Below, piece after piece: positions 45,254 to 52,930 of a stretch of DNA of 64,000 bases. Below the pieces are notes generated by a model. It was not told the origin of the DNA. It saw nothing but the letters and a program-made list of their open reading frames with translations, and ran no database searches. The translations under genes were made by a program, and so were the position numbers. The stretch's first letter is position 1, and each line of letters opens with the position of its first letter. Source of the DNA: Ideonella sp. (GTDB lineage Bacteria; Pseudomonadota; Gammaproteobacteria; Burkholderiales; Burkholderiaceae_C); the NCBI RefSeq assembly GCF_041918995.1, contig NZ_JAYRUN010000014.1, positions 11,974-75,973 of the forward strand. The letters run 5' to 3'.

Positions 45254-45721
45254 TCAGGCGCTCGACCGCGTTGGCGGCGTGGCCAGGCGCCGCTGCAGCG
45301 CCCGCATCAGCACGCCCAGCACCGGCAGCTTGGCGTACAGCTCCTCGGCGGCATCCCAGTAGTCGCGGTGCCGGTCCACGCGGCCGGTGGCGTCGAAGTG
45401 CAGCACGCTGGCGCCGTCGATGTGCATCGTGCGGCCGCGCAGGCCGAAATGGAAGCGCCAGGTCAGCGCGCAGTCGGCGCCACCGCCCACCACCTGGCGC
45501 ACCGCGAAGCGGGGCTGCTCCAGCGCATCGAACATGTGCGTGAAGATGGCGCGGATGGCGTCCACCCCGGTCACCTCGTTGAAGGGGTCCTTGAACCAGG
45601 CGTCGTCCGCGTACAGCGTGTGCAGCCGCATCAGGTCGGCCGGGCCCAGCTGCTCGTAGAACTGGACCAGCCGCGCGACATGCGGCTCGAGGTGCGGGAG
45701 ATCGGGGCGCAGGGCGGGCAT
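45254..45721 (-). CDS. NTF2-like (SnoaL-type) domain protein
   Basis: It is 155 aa with an NTF2/SnoaL-like pattern (LYADDAWFKDPFNEVTG...). It is the last gene of the 8-gene operon. Confidence 0.7.
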   Translation of the reverse strand: MPALRPDLPHLEPHVARLVQFYEQLGPADLMRLHTLYADDAWFKDPFNEVTGVDAIRAIFTHMFDALEQPRFAVRQVVGGGADCALTWRFHFGLRGRTMHIDGASVLHFDATGRVDRHRDYWDAAEELYAKLPVLGVLMRALQRRLATPPTRSSA

Positions 45722-45725
45722 GGCG

Positions 45726-46517
45726 TCAGTGTCCGGTGGCGCGCCGCACCAGCTGCTCGTAGGTGCCGGTGGGCAGCCAGCGCAGGACCTTGAGCAGCCA
45801 GGTGAAACGGCGCGGGAAATGGATCTCGAATTCGCCGCGCGCCCAGCCGCGCAGCATGGCCTCGGCGGCCTCGTCGGGCTCCAGCAGCGCGGGCATGCGG
45901 AAGTCGTTGCCGGCGGTCAGCGGCGTGCGCACGAAGCCGGGGTTCACCACGGACACCCCCAGGCCGGTGCCGCACAGGTCCAGGTGCAGGGACTGCGCCA
46001 GGTGGATCAACGCCGCCTTGGTGGGCCCGTAGGCCAGGGCCAGCGGCAGGGCGCGGTAGCCCGCCACGCTGGCCACCAGCGCCAGGTGCGCCGGCGTGCC
46101 GGCGGCGGCCTGGGCGCGCAGGGCCGGCAGCACGGCGGCCACCAGGTTGAGCGCGCCTTCCACGTTCACCCGCTGGTGGCGCAGGGCGATGTCGAGGTCG
46201 AAGCGGTCGGCGCGCATCGGCTGGTACACCGCCGCGCCGAACAGCACGAAATCCAGGCGCCCGTGCCGGGCGAGCAGCACCGCCGCGGCGGCCTGCACGG
46301 CGGCGGGGTCGGTCACGTCCACCGGCAGCGCCTGCGCGCCCGGGTGGCCGTCGGCGAAGGCCTGCAGGGCGGCGGCGCCGCGGGCGGACACGATCACGGT
46401 GGCGCCGCGGCGGTGCAGCGCATGGGCGAGCGCACGGCCGATGCCGGTGGACGCGCCGACCAGCCAGGCCACGCGGCCGGTCCAGTCGGTGAGGGGAAGG
46501 TTGGCGGGCATGCGCAA
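45726..46517 (-). CDS. Short-chain dehydrogenase/reductase
   Basis: It has the cofactor motif GASTGIGRALA and the catalytic YGPTKAAL (YxxxK). Confidence 0.88.
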   Translation of the reverse strand: MRMPANLPLTDWTGRVAWLVGASTGIGRALAHALHRRGATVIVSARGAAALQAFADGHPGAQALPVDVTDPAAVQAAAAVLLARHGRLDFVLFGAAVYQPMRADRFDLDIALRHQRVNVEGALNLVAAVLPALRAQAAAGTPAHLALVASVAGYRALPLALAYGPTKAALIHLAQSLHLDLCGTGLGVSVVNPGFVRTPLTAGNDFRMPALLEPDEAAEAMLRGWARGEFEIHFPRRFTWLLKVLRWLPTGTYEQLVRRATGH

Positions 46518-46536
46518 AGGGGGCAGGGTTCAGGGC

Positions 46537-47112
46537 TCAGGGCTTGTGGAAGGACAGCAGCACCTCGCCCACCGTCACGCCGAACTTGCTCATGCGTGCG
46601 CGGTTGATCATCACGTGCTCGTCCATGAGGAACATCCAGTCGTCGAAGTCGATGTGCCAGGTGCGCCCGTCCACCGGCAGCGCCAGGGTGTAGCGCCAGT
46701 TCAGCGCGTTGCCGCGCGCTACGCCCTCGGCCGTGCCCACCACGTCGTCGGCGCGGCCCGTGTAGCGGCCGTCGCCGTGCGCCGTGATGCGCCACACGCG
46801 GCGCTGGGTCTCGCCGTCGCTGTAGACGAAGTCCTCCTCCAGCACCCCCTCGTCGCCCTGCCAGCGGCCGACCAGGGCGACGCGGAAGCGGCGCGTCACG
46901 CGGCCGCCGCGGTCGGTGACCAGGCCGTGGGCCGTGAGGGGCCCGTCGAAGTAGCGCTTCAGGTCGAGCACGGGCCGCTCGGCGCGGTAGTCGTCGGGCA
47001 CCGGCGTGGCACAGCCGGCCAGGCCGAGCGGCAGCACGCCCGCGGCGGCGAGGGCGCCGGCGGCGCGCAGCACGTGTCGCCGCGTCGCCGCGGCCGGTGG
47101 GGTGGGGGTCAT
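46537..47112 (-). CDS. DUF3833-family lipoprotein (lipocalin-like)
   Basis: It has a Tat-like signal with the lipobox LGLAGCA and a beta-rich body (RRVWRITAHGDGRYTGRADDVVG). Its start overlaps the upstream MFS stop (ATGA). Confidence 0.7.
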   Translation of the reverse strand: MTPTPPAAATRRHVLRAAGALAAAGVLPLGLAGCATPVPDDYRAERPVLDLKRYFDGPLTAHGLVTDRGGRVTRRFRVALVGRWQGDEGVLEEDFVYSDGETQRRVWRITAHGDGRYTGRADDVVGTAEGVARGNALNWRYTLALPVDGRTWHIDFDDWMFLMDEHVMINRARMSKFGVTVGEVLLSFHKP

Positions 47113-48407
47113 GCGGGGGTCTCCCATCGGTGAAGTCGGGCGCGCCACAGCGCCAGCAGCGCCAGGGCCTTCAGCCCGCAGGGCAGCAGCGCGTACACCA
47201 GCGCCAGGGCGGTGGTGTCGTCCGGGTCGGTGTCGCCGGGCGTGTAGCCCAGCGCCTGCAGCAGCGGCAGCGCCAGGCCCGCGGCCAGCGCCAGGTTGAG
47301 CTTGGTGGCGGCCTGCCACCAGCCGAAGGCGACGCCCGGCTGGCCGGCGGCCGCCCCCGGGCCGCGCAGCACGCCGGCCAGCAGCGCGGGCGGCACGCAC
47401 AGGTCCGCCCCGAGCGCCAGGCCGCTGGCGGCGCACACCACCGCGAAGGCCGCGCCGTCGCCCGGGCCCAGCGCCGCCGCGCCGACGAAGGCCACGATGG
47501 ACAGCCCCATGCCGGCCACCCAGCACGCCGCCAGCCCGGCCCGGCGCACGGCGCGCACCCACAGCGGCAGCGACGCCGCCGCCGCGATGAAGTACAGGCC
47601 CAGCAGCCACGGTTCGCCGGCCGGCCACTGCAGGCGGTCGCGGATGTAGAACAGCACCAGGGTGGCCGGGATGGCGCCCGCCACGCCGTTGAGCAGGTAC
47701 ACGGCCATCAGCGCCCGAAAGCGCGGGTCATGCCACGGGCCCACGAGCGTGCGCACCGACAGGCCGGGCGGGCCGGCCGCCGCGGGCGTGGGCGTGGGCG
47801 CCAGCGCCAGCGCGGCGACGGCCGCGGCGAGCGCGGCCACCAGCACCGTGCGCGTGGTGTCCATCCCGGCCAGGCCGGGCAGCACGCTGGCGGCGACCAC
47901 ACCGGCCAGCGCCGCGCCTTCGCGCCAGGCCACCACGCGGGCGCGCGCCGGCGCGTCGCCACCCAGCGCGGCGCCCCAGGCCTGGTGCAGCACGCCCAGG
48001 CCGCTGTAGGCCAGGCACGCGACGCTGAGGGTGGCGGCTGCCCAGGCCAGCAGGCCCGGCCCCGCCGCCATCGCCGCGGGAGGGAAGAACAGCGCCTGGA
48101 AGCCCAGGGCGAGCGCGGCCGCGCCCGCCGCCGCGGCGCCGAGGCGGGCGGCACGGCCCGCGCGCAGCGCCCGGTCGGCCCAGGCGCCGATCCAGGGGTC
48201 GAGTACCGCGTCCAGCGCGCGCACCGCCAGCAGCAGCGCACCGAGCGTGGCCAGCTCCACCCCGAAGCGGCCGGCGTAGTGCGCGGGCAGGTGCACGTAC
48301 AGCGGCAGTGCCACGAAGGCCAGCGGCAGGCCCAGCAGCCCGTAGGCGAGGCCCTGCGACGGCCCGGCCAGCGGCGGCGCGGCGGCGCCGGTGGGGGCCG
48401 CCGTCAT
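47109..48407 (-). CDS. MFS/GPH-family transporter
   Basis: The 432-aa polytopic membrane protein has the motif LDPWIGAWADR, typical of the GPH/MFS_2 type. It has ATGA overlaps at both ends. Confidence 0.8.
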   Translation of the reverse strand: MTAAPTGAAAPPLAGPSQGLAYGLLGLPLAFVALPLYVHLPAHYAGRFGVELATLGALLLAVRALDAVLDPWIGAWADRALRAGRAARLGAAAAGAAALALGFQALFFPPAAMAAGPGLLAWAAATLSVACLAYSGLGVLHQAWGAALGGDAPARARVVAWREGAALAGVVAASVLPGLAGMDTTRTVLVAALAAAVAALALAPTPTPAAAGPPGLSVRTLVGPWHDPRFRALMAVYLLNGVAGAIPATLVLFYIRDRLQWPAGEPWLLGLYFIAAAASLPLWVRAVRRAGLAACWVAGMGLSIVAFVGAAALGPGDGAAFAVVCAASGLALGADLCVPPALLAGVLRGPGAAAGQPGVAFGWWQAATKLNLALAAGLALPLLQALGYTPGDTDPDDTTALALVYALLPCGLKALALLALWRARLHRWETPA

Positions 48408-48976
48408 GGCGATCCGCCCAGCAGCGCGCGGCGCAGGTCGGGGGCCGAGGTCCAGGGCGCGAGCCAGATGCCGAAGAAGCGCGCCGCGGCCGCGGGGTCC
48501 GGCCAGTCGCCGCGCGGCCGGCCGTTCAGGTGGAAGCGCGCGCCGCTGCCCGGGCGCAGCACGCCGGTGAGGCGGTCCCCCTCGGCCACGTCCGGGAACA
48601 GCTGCGCCATGGTGGCCAGCCAGCGGGTGGCGGTCGCGGCGTCCACCGGCCCGCCGCGCCGCATCTCGACCAGCGAGCGTTCGGCGATGCGCCGTCCGTC
48701 CAGCGCGCGCAGGTAGGTGAGCGACAGCGCCAGGGGCTGGCCGGGCAGCTCGGCCGCCTCGGTCACCGGCTGCGGCGCCCACAGCGCGATGTCGTAGATC
48801 GCCAGGCCGAACACGCGCATGCGGCTGCGGCCCTGCGGCTGCGCCAGCACCGCGCCCGGCCATTCGCCACGCAGTTCCTCGGGCAGGTCAGGCGCCGGGG
48901 TGGCGTGCGCCGCCGTGCCTGGCAGCGGCGGGGCGGCCAGCAGCAGCGGCAGGGGCAGCACGGCGCGGCGGCGCAT
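48404..48976 (-). CDS. Chalcone-isomerase-like periplasmic protein
   Basis: It has a signal peptide and a CHI-like fatty-acid-binding-fold pattern (VFGLAIYDIALW...LSLTYLRAL...). Proteins of this kind commonly accompany CFA-synthase-like clusters. Confidence 0.7.
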   Translation of the reverse strand: MRRRAVLPLPLLLAAPPLPGTAAHATPAPDLPEELRGEWPGAVLAQPQGRSRMRVFGLAIYDIALWAPQPVTEAAELPGQPLALSLTYLRALDGRRIAERSLVEMRRGGPVDAATATRWLATMAQLFPDVAEGDRLTGVLRPGSGARFHLNGRPRGDWPDPAAAARFFGIWLAPWTSAPDLRRALLGGSP

Positions 48977-48980
48977 GGTG

Positions 48981-50216
48981 TCAGGCCCGCTGCAGGGTGA
49001 ACTGCACCACGCCGGTGTTGCCGGTGTCGAAGGCCGCTTCGCAGTAGGCGAGGTAGAAGTCCCACAGCCGCACGAAGCGTTCGTCGAAGCCCTGCTCGCG
49101 CACGCTGCCCTCGCGGGCGAGGAAGCTGCGCCGCCAGCGGCGCAGGGTCTCGGCGTAGTCGCCGCCGAAATGCAGCTCGTTGACCACCTGGAAGCCGGCC
49201 GCCTCCGCTGCCGCGCGGAACGCCGAGGGGCTGGGCAGCAGGCCGCCCGGGAACACGTACTGCTGGATGAAGTCGGTGCCGCGCAGGTAGCGCTCGAACA
49301 GGTCGTCGCGGATGGTGATGGTCTGGATGCAGGCGCGGCCGCCCGGCTTCAGCCGCTCGTGCAGGCTGCGGAAGTAGCCGGCCCAGTACTCGCGCCCGAC
49401 GGCCTCGAACATCTCGATGGACACGATGCCGTCGAAGTCGCGCTCGGGGATGTCCCGGTAGTCCTGCAGGCGCAGGTCGGCGCGCAGGCCCTGCGCGGCC
49501 AGCCGCGCCTGCGCGTGGGCGAGCTGCTCGGTGGACAGCGTGACGCCGGTGAGCTGCAGCCCGTCGCGCGCGGCCTGCTCGGCCACCGCGCCCCAGCCGC
49601 AGCCCACCTCGAGCACGCGCTGTCCCGGCTGCAGGCCGCACTCGGCCAGCGCCCGGCGCATCTTGGCGCGCTGGGCCGCGGGCAGGCTCTGGTCGGTGCG
49701 GCCGTCGAACCAGGCGCTCGAGTAGTTGAGCGTGTCGTCCAGCCACAGGCGGTAGAACGCATTGCCGAGGTCGTAGTGGGCCGCGATGTTGCGGCGGCTG
49801 CCCGCCCGCGTGTTGCGGTGCAGCGCATGGCGCACGCGGCGCCACAGCGCGCCCCACCAGGTGCCGTAGACGGCCTGCTCCAGCACCTCCCGGTTGGCGA
49901 TCAGCAGCCGCAGCAGGGCCGGCAGGTCGGGCGTGCTCCAGCCGCCTTCCAGGTAGGCCTCGCCGAAGCCGACGTCGCCGCGCTGCAGTGTCCAGGCGCA
50001 GGTGCGCCAGTCGTGCAGGCGCAAGGTGGCATGGGGGGCCTCGCCGCGGCCGCAGACCTGGCTGAAGCCGCCGGGCCCCTCCAGGTGCAGGGTGCCCACC
50101 TGCAGCCGCCGCAGCAGCGCCAGCGCGGTGCGCGCGGCGGCGGGCACGGCGTGAAGGGACGGTGCCGCCGCCGTGGCGGCGCCGGGCAGGGAGGCCAGTG
50201 TGGTGTCGGAGTTCAT
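48981..50216 (-). CDS. Cyclopropane-fatty-acyl-phospholipid-synthase-family SAM-dependent methyltransferase
   Basis: It has the SAM motif VLEVGCGWG and CFA-synthase hallmarks (HYDLGNAFY, SIEMFEAVG, YLAYCEAAF). Confidence 0.9.
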   Translation of the reverse strand: MNSDTTLASLPGAATAAAPSLHAVPAAARTALALLRRLQVGTLHLEGPGGFSQVCGRGEAPHATLRLHDWRTCAWTLQRGDVGFGEAYLEGGWSTPDLPALLRLLIANREVLEQAVYGTWWGALWRRVRHALHRNTRAGSRRNIAAHYDLGNAFYRLWLDDTLNYSSAWFDGRTDQSLPAAQRAKMRRALAECGLQPGQRVLEVGCGWGAVAEQAARDGLQLTGVTLSTEQLAHAQARLAAQGLRADLRLQDYRDIPERDFDGIVSIEMFEAVGREYWAGYFRSLHERLKPGGRACIQTITIRDDLFERYLRGTDFIQQYVFPGGLLPSPSAFRAAAEAAGFQVVNELHFGGDYAETLRRWRRSFLAREGSVREQGFDERFVRLWDFYLAYCEAAFDTGNTGVVQFTLQRA

Positions 50217-50249
50217 GCGGCTTGTCGGGCAGGGCAGGAAAAAGGGCGG

Positions 50250-51119
50250 TCAGGCGCGGGACGGTCCGGCGCCGCGGCTGACCGCGTGCGCCGGCGGTGC
50301 CGGCTTGGAGAACACGGGCACGCCGCGCCACCACAGGCGCAGCGCCTGCCAGTGGATGCGCAGCACCACGCCCAGGGCGTGCCAGGGCATGCGCCGCAGC
50401 ACGGCGCGCCGGCTGGCGCCGGTCAATGGCTGCAGCCGGCCGCTGACGCTGGTCAGCAGCAGCGGGCCCTCGGCGTCGTCGTGCGCCACGCGCACCACGG
50501 TGCGGCCGGCATGGCCGTCGCCGGGTGCGGTGCGCAGGAATCGGAACCGGTAGCGGCCGCTGGCGCGGCAGAAGGGCGAGACGTGGAAGACCTTGGCCGC
50601 CTCCATCTCGCGGCCCCAGGCCAGGCCATCACCCTGCAGCAGGTAGCAGTGGCGCTCGCCAAAGGTGTTGTTCACCTCGGCCAGCACCGCGGCCAGCGAG
50701 CCGTCCGCGCGGTGCGCGTACCAGAAGCTCACCGGCTTGAAGCGGTGTCCCCACATGCGCGGCAGCGTGTGCAGCCAGATCTCGCCGTCCGCGTCCGCCA
50801 CGCCGGCCCGGGCCAGCAGGGCCTCGAACCAGGCCAGGCTGTCGGGCCCGCCCTCGCCGTGGTCGGCGTCGTGGAATCCGAAGGCGGAGAAGCGGTTGCG
50901 GTGCAGTGCGTCGACGGGCTGCTCGCGCAGGCGGCGCATGGGCAGCAGCAGGAAGCAGGTGGGATAGGCAAAGGCGTGCTGCACCGGCCGCAGCCGGGCG
51001 TGGCGCACCTCGCCGACGCCCAGCAGCGGCTGGGCCACGCCGAGCCCGGCGGCGCCCACGGCGGCCCCGTCGGGCTGCGCCCTGCGGTATTCGCCCTGGG
51101 GGCGGCCCGGCGGGCTCAT
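50250..51119 (-). CDS. DUF1365-family protein
   Basis: It has the DUF1365 core (GEVRHARLRPVQHAFAYP...FHDADHG...VSFWY). The start is ambiguous. ATGs at 51119, 51179 and 51239 lie inside a 60-bp triple repeat, and in-frame GTGs lie at 51059 and 51038. Confidence 0.75.
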   Translation of the reverse strand: MSPPGRPQGEYRRAQPDGAAVGAAGLGVAQPLLGVGEVRHARLRPVQHAFAYPTCFLLLPMRRLREQPVDALHRNRFSAFGFHDADHGEGGPDSLAWFEALLARAGVADADGEIWLHTLPRMWGHRFKPVSFWYAHRADGSLAAVLAEVNNTFGERHCYLLQGDGLAWGREMEAAKVFHVSPFCRASGRYRFRFLRTAPGDGHAGRTVVRVAHDDAEGPLLLTSVSGRLQPLTGASRRAVLRRMPWHALGVVLRIHWQALRLWWRGVPVFSKPAPPAHAVSRGAGPSRA

Positions 51120-51239
51120 GGGGAGACCTTCGGGCTGCGCCCTCCGGTATTCGCCCTTGGGGCGGCCCGGCGGGCTCATGGGGAGACCTTCGGGCTGCGC
51201 CCTCCGGTATTCGCCCTTGGGGCGGCCCGGCGGGCTCAT
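51060..51239. repeat. 60-bp tandem repeat x3 (related GC-rich palindromic element) at the oxidoreductase/DUF1365 junction
   Basis: Units at 51180-51239 and 51120-51179 are identical. Unit 51060-51119 has a diverged 5' part. Each unit carries a CGCCC-TTG-GGGCG-type hairpin and the string GCTCATG. Confidence 0.92.
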
Positions 51240-52558
51240 GCCACCTGCGCCGTGCCGGCGGCCTGGGTGCGCGCGGCGATGTCGCGCGCGGCGGCCTGCC
51301 CGGAGAGGAAACCGTCCTCGTGGAAGCCGTAGCGTGTCCAGGCGCCGCAGAACCACACGCCGCCCCGGCCCTGCAGCCCCGGCAGCCGCTGCTGGGCGCG
51401 GATGGCGGCGGCGTCGAACACCGGGTGGGCGTAGTGGAACTCGCCGTGCACCTGCGACGGGTCGGGTTCGCGCACGGGGTTGAGCGACACGATCACCGGG
51501 CGCTGCCACGGCAGCGGCTGCAGGCGGTTGATCAGGTAGTGCAGGCACACGCGGTCGGGGCGCTCGCCGGGCGCGGCCTCGTAGTTCCAGGCGGCCCAGG
51601 CGCGGCGGGCCCGGGGCAGCAGGGCGGCGTCGGTGTGCAGCACGGCCCGGTTGGGCTGGGTCTGGACGGCGCCCAGCACCTCGCGTTCGTCCGAGGCGGC
51701 GTCACCCAGCAGCGCCAGGGCCTGCGGCGCGTGCGTGGCCAGCACCACCGCGTCGAACCGCTCGCCGCCGGTGGCCGTCTCGACCCACACGCCGGCCTGG
51801 CCGCCGGCGGGCCCGGGCGGCAGGCGCTTGACGGCCCGCACGGGCGTGGCCAGCCGCACGTCGCGCAGGCTGGCGACCACCTGTTGCACATAGGTGGCGG
51901 AGCCGCCCTGCACGGTGAACCAGCGCGGCCGGTCATTGACCTGCAGCAGGCCGTGGTTGTGGCAGAAGCGGATCAGCGTGCCGACCGGGAACTCCAGCAT
52001 CTGGGCCGTGGGGCACGACCAGATGCTGCCGATCATGGGCAGAAAGTAGGCGTCGCGGAAGAGGCGGCCGAAGCCGTGCTGGGCGAGGAAGTCGCCCACG
52101 CTCTGCTGCGTCAGGGCGCGGTCGTCGCCGCGCAGCGCGATGGCCGTGGCCAGGCGGTTGAAGCGCAGGATGTCGGCCAGCATGCCCCAGAAACGGGGCG
52201 ACGCGAGGCGGCGGCGCTGGGCGAACACGGCGTTCAGGTCGCTGCCGCTCCACTCCAGCCGGTGCGCGGGCGACTGCACCGAGAACGACATGTCGGAGCC
52301 GGCCGAGGGCACGCCCAGGCGCTCCAGCCAGGCGATCAGCCCAGGGTAGGTGCGCTCGTTGAACACGAGGAAGCCGGTGTCCACGCCATGCGTGCGGCCG
52401 TCCAGGGTGAGCGGCACGGTGTGGGCATGGCCGCCCGGGCGGCCGTCGGCCTCGAACAGGGTGACCTGGCAGCCGGGGGCCTCATGCGCCAGGTGCCAGG
52501 CGGCCGACAGGCCGGCGACACCCGAACCGATCACCGCGACGCGGCGGGCGGGCGTCAT
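51236..52558 (-). CDS. NAD(P)/FAD-dependent oxidoreductase (amine-oxidase/desaturase-like)
   Basis: It has the N-terminal dinucleotide motif VAVIGSGVAGLSAA. It is 440 aa and is the first gene of the operon. Confidence 0.88.
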   Translation of the reverse strand: MTPARRVAVIGSGVAGLSAAWHLAHEAPGCQVTLFEADGRPGGHAHTVPLTLDGRTHGVDTGFLVFNERTYPGLIAWLERLGVPSAGSDMSFSVQSPAHRLEWSGSDLNAVFAQRRRLASPRFWGMLADILRFNRLATAIALRGDDRALTQQSVGDFLAQHGFGRLFRDAYFLPMIGSIWSCPTAQMLEFPVGTLIRFCHNHGLLQVNDRPRWFTVQGGSATYVQQVVASLRDVRLATPVRAVKRLPPGPAGGQAGVWVETATGGERFDAVVLATHAPQALALLGDAASDEREVLGAVQTQPNRAVLHTDAALLPRARRAWAAWNYEAAPGERPDRVCLHYLINRLQPLPWQRPVIVSLNPVREPDPSQVHGEFHYAHPVFDAAAIRAQQRLPGLQGRGGVWFCGAWTRYGFHEDGFLSGQAAARDIAARTQAAGTAQVA

Positions 52559-52844
52559 GCCGGGCCCCCCGCGTGGGGCAGAGAAGAGAGCCGCGCAGCG
52601 CCCGAAAGCGAATGAGGGAGGGAGGGAGGAGGAGAGGCGCTCCCGGGGGACAACCAGCGGTGCTGGCAGGCTGCGCGGCCGAAAACCATGGGCGGCTGGC
52701 AGCGGTGCCAGCGGCCGGGAGCGGGTGCCGGGGCACGGGCTCCTGAGGCGATGGAGTCTGCCCGGGCGGCGAAGTTCCGTGCCGCGTCATGGTCTTTCAG
52801 CCAACGGGGGTGACGGGGCGTCAGCGCGCGGGTCGGGCACATTA

Positions 52845-52859
52845 TTTGTCCTAGACAAA
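52845..52859. promoter_or_regulatory. Perfect 15-bp palindrome TTTGTCCTAGACAAA, a candidate operator in the divergent litR-like/operon promoter region
   Basis: The arms are TTTGTC/GACAAA. On the minus strand it lies inside a TTGAGT-N16-TAATGT promoter-like element. On the plus strand it overlaps a TAGACA-N17-ATGATA element. The local sequence is unusually AT-rich. Confidence 0.45.
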
Positions 52860-52908
52860 AACTCAATGGCCGCGATGATAGACAGAAATTCGAGAACCTG
52901 CACGGGAG

Positions 52909-52924
52909 TTGTCCATGACAGAAT
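52909..52924 (+). promoter_or_regulatory. Imperfect palindrome TTGTCCATGACAG overlapping a CAGAAT -10-like hexamer 6 nt before the regulator ATG
   Basis: It shares the TTGTCC/GACA half-sites with the 52845 palindrome. CAGAATC resembles the recurrent TAGAATC motif of this window. Confidence 0.35.
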
Positions 52925-52930
52925 CACGCC

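Noticed and set aside
51060-51239. I asked whether the 60-bp triplet, or the 105-bp duplication at 7703..7902, could be a small CRISPR array.
   Set aside because: The units are directly adjacent with no unique spacers. They are too few and too long or irregular, and no cas genes are present.
52482-52790. A 102-aa minus-strand ORF lies in the long region upstream of the oxidoreductase gene.
   Set aside because: It gives a Pro/Arg/Ala-rich low-complexity translation that runs out of frame into the oxidoreductase start. It has no Shine-Dalgarno and no family resemblance.
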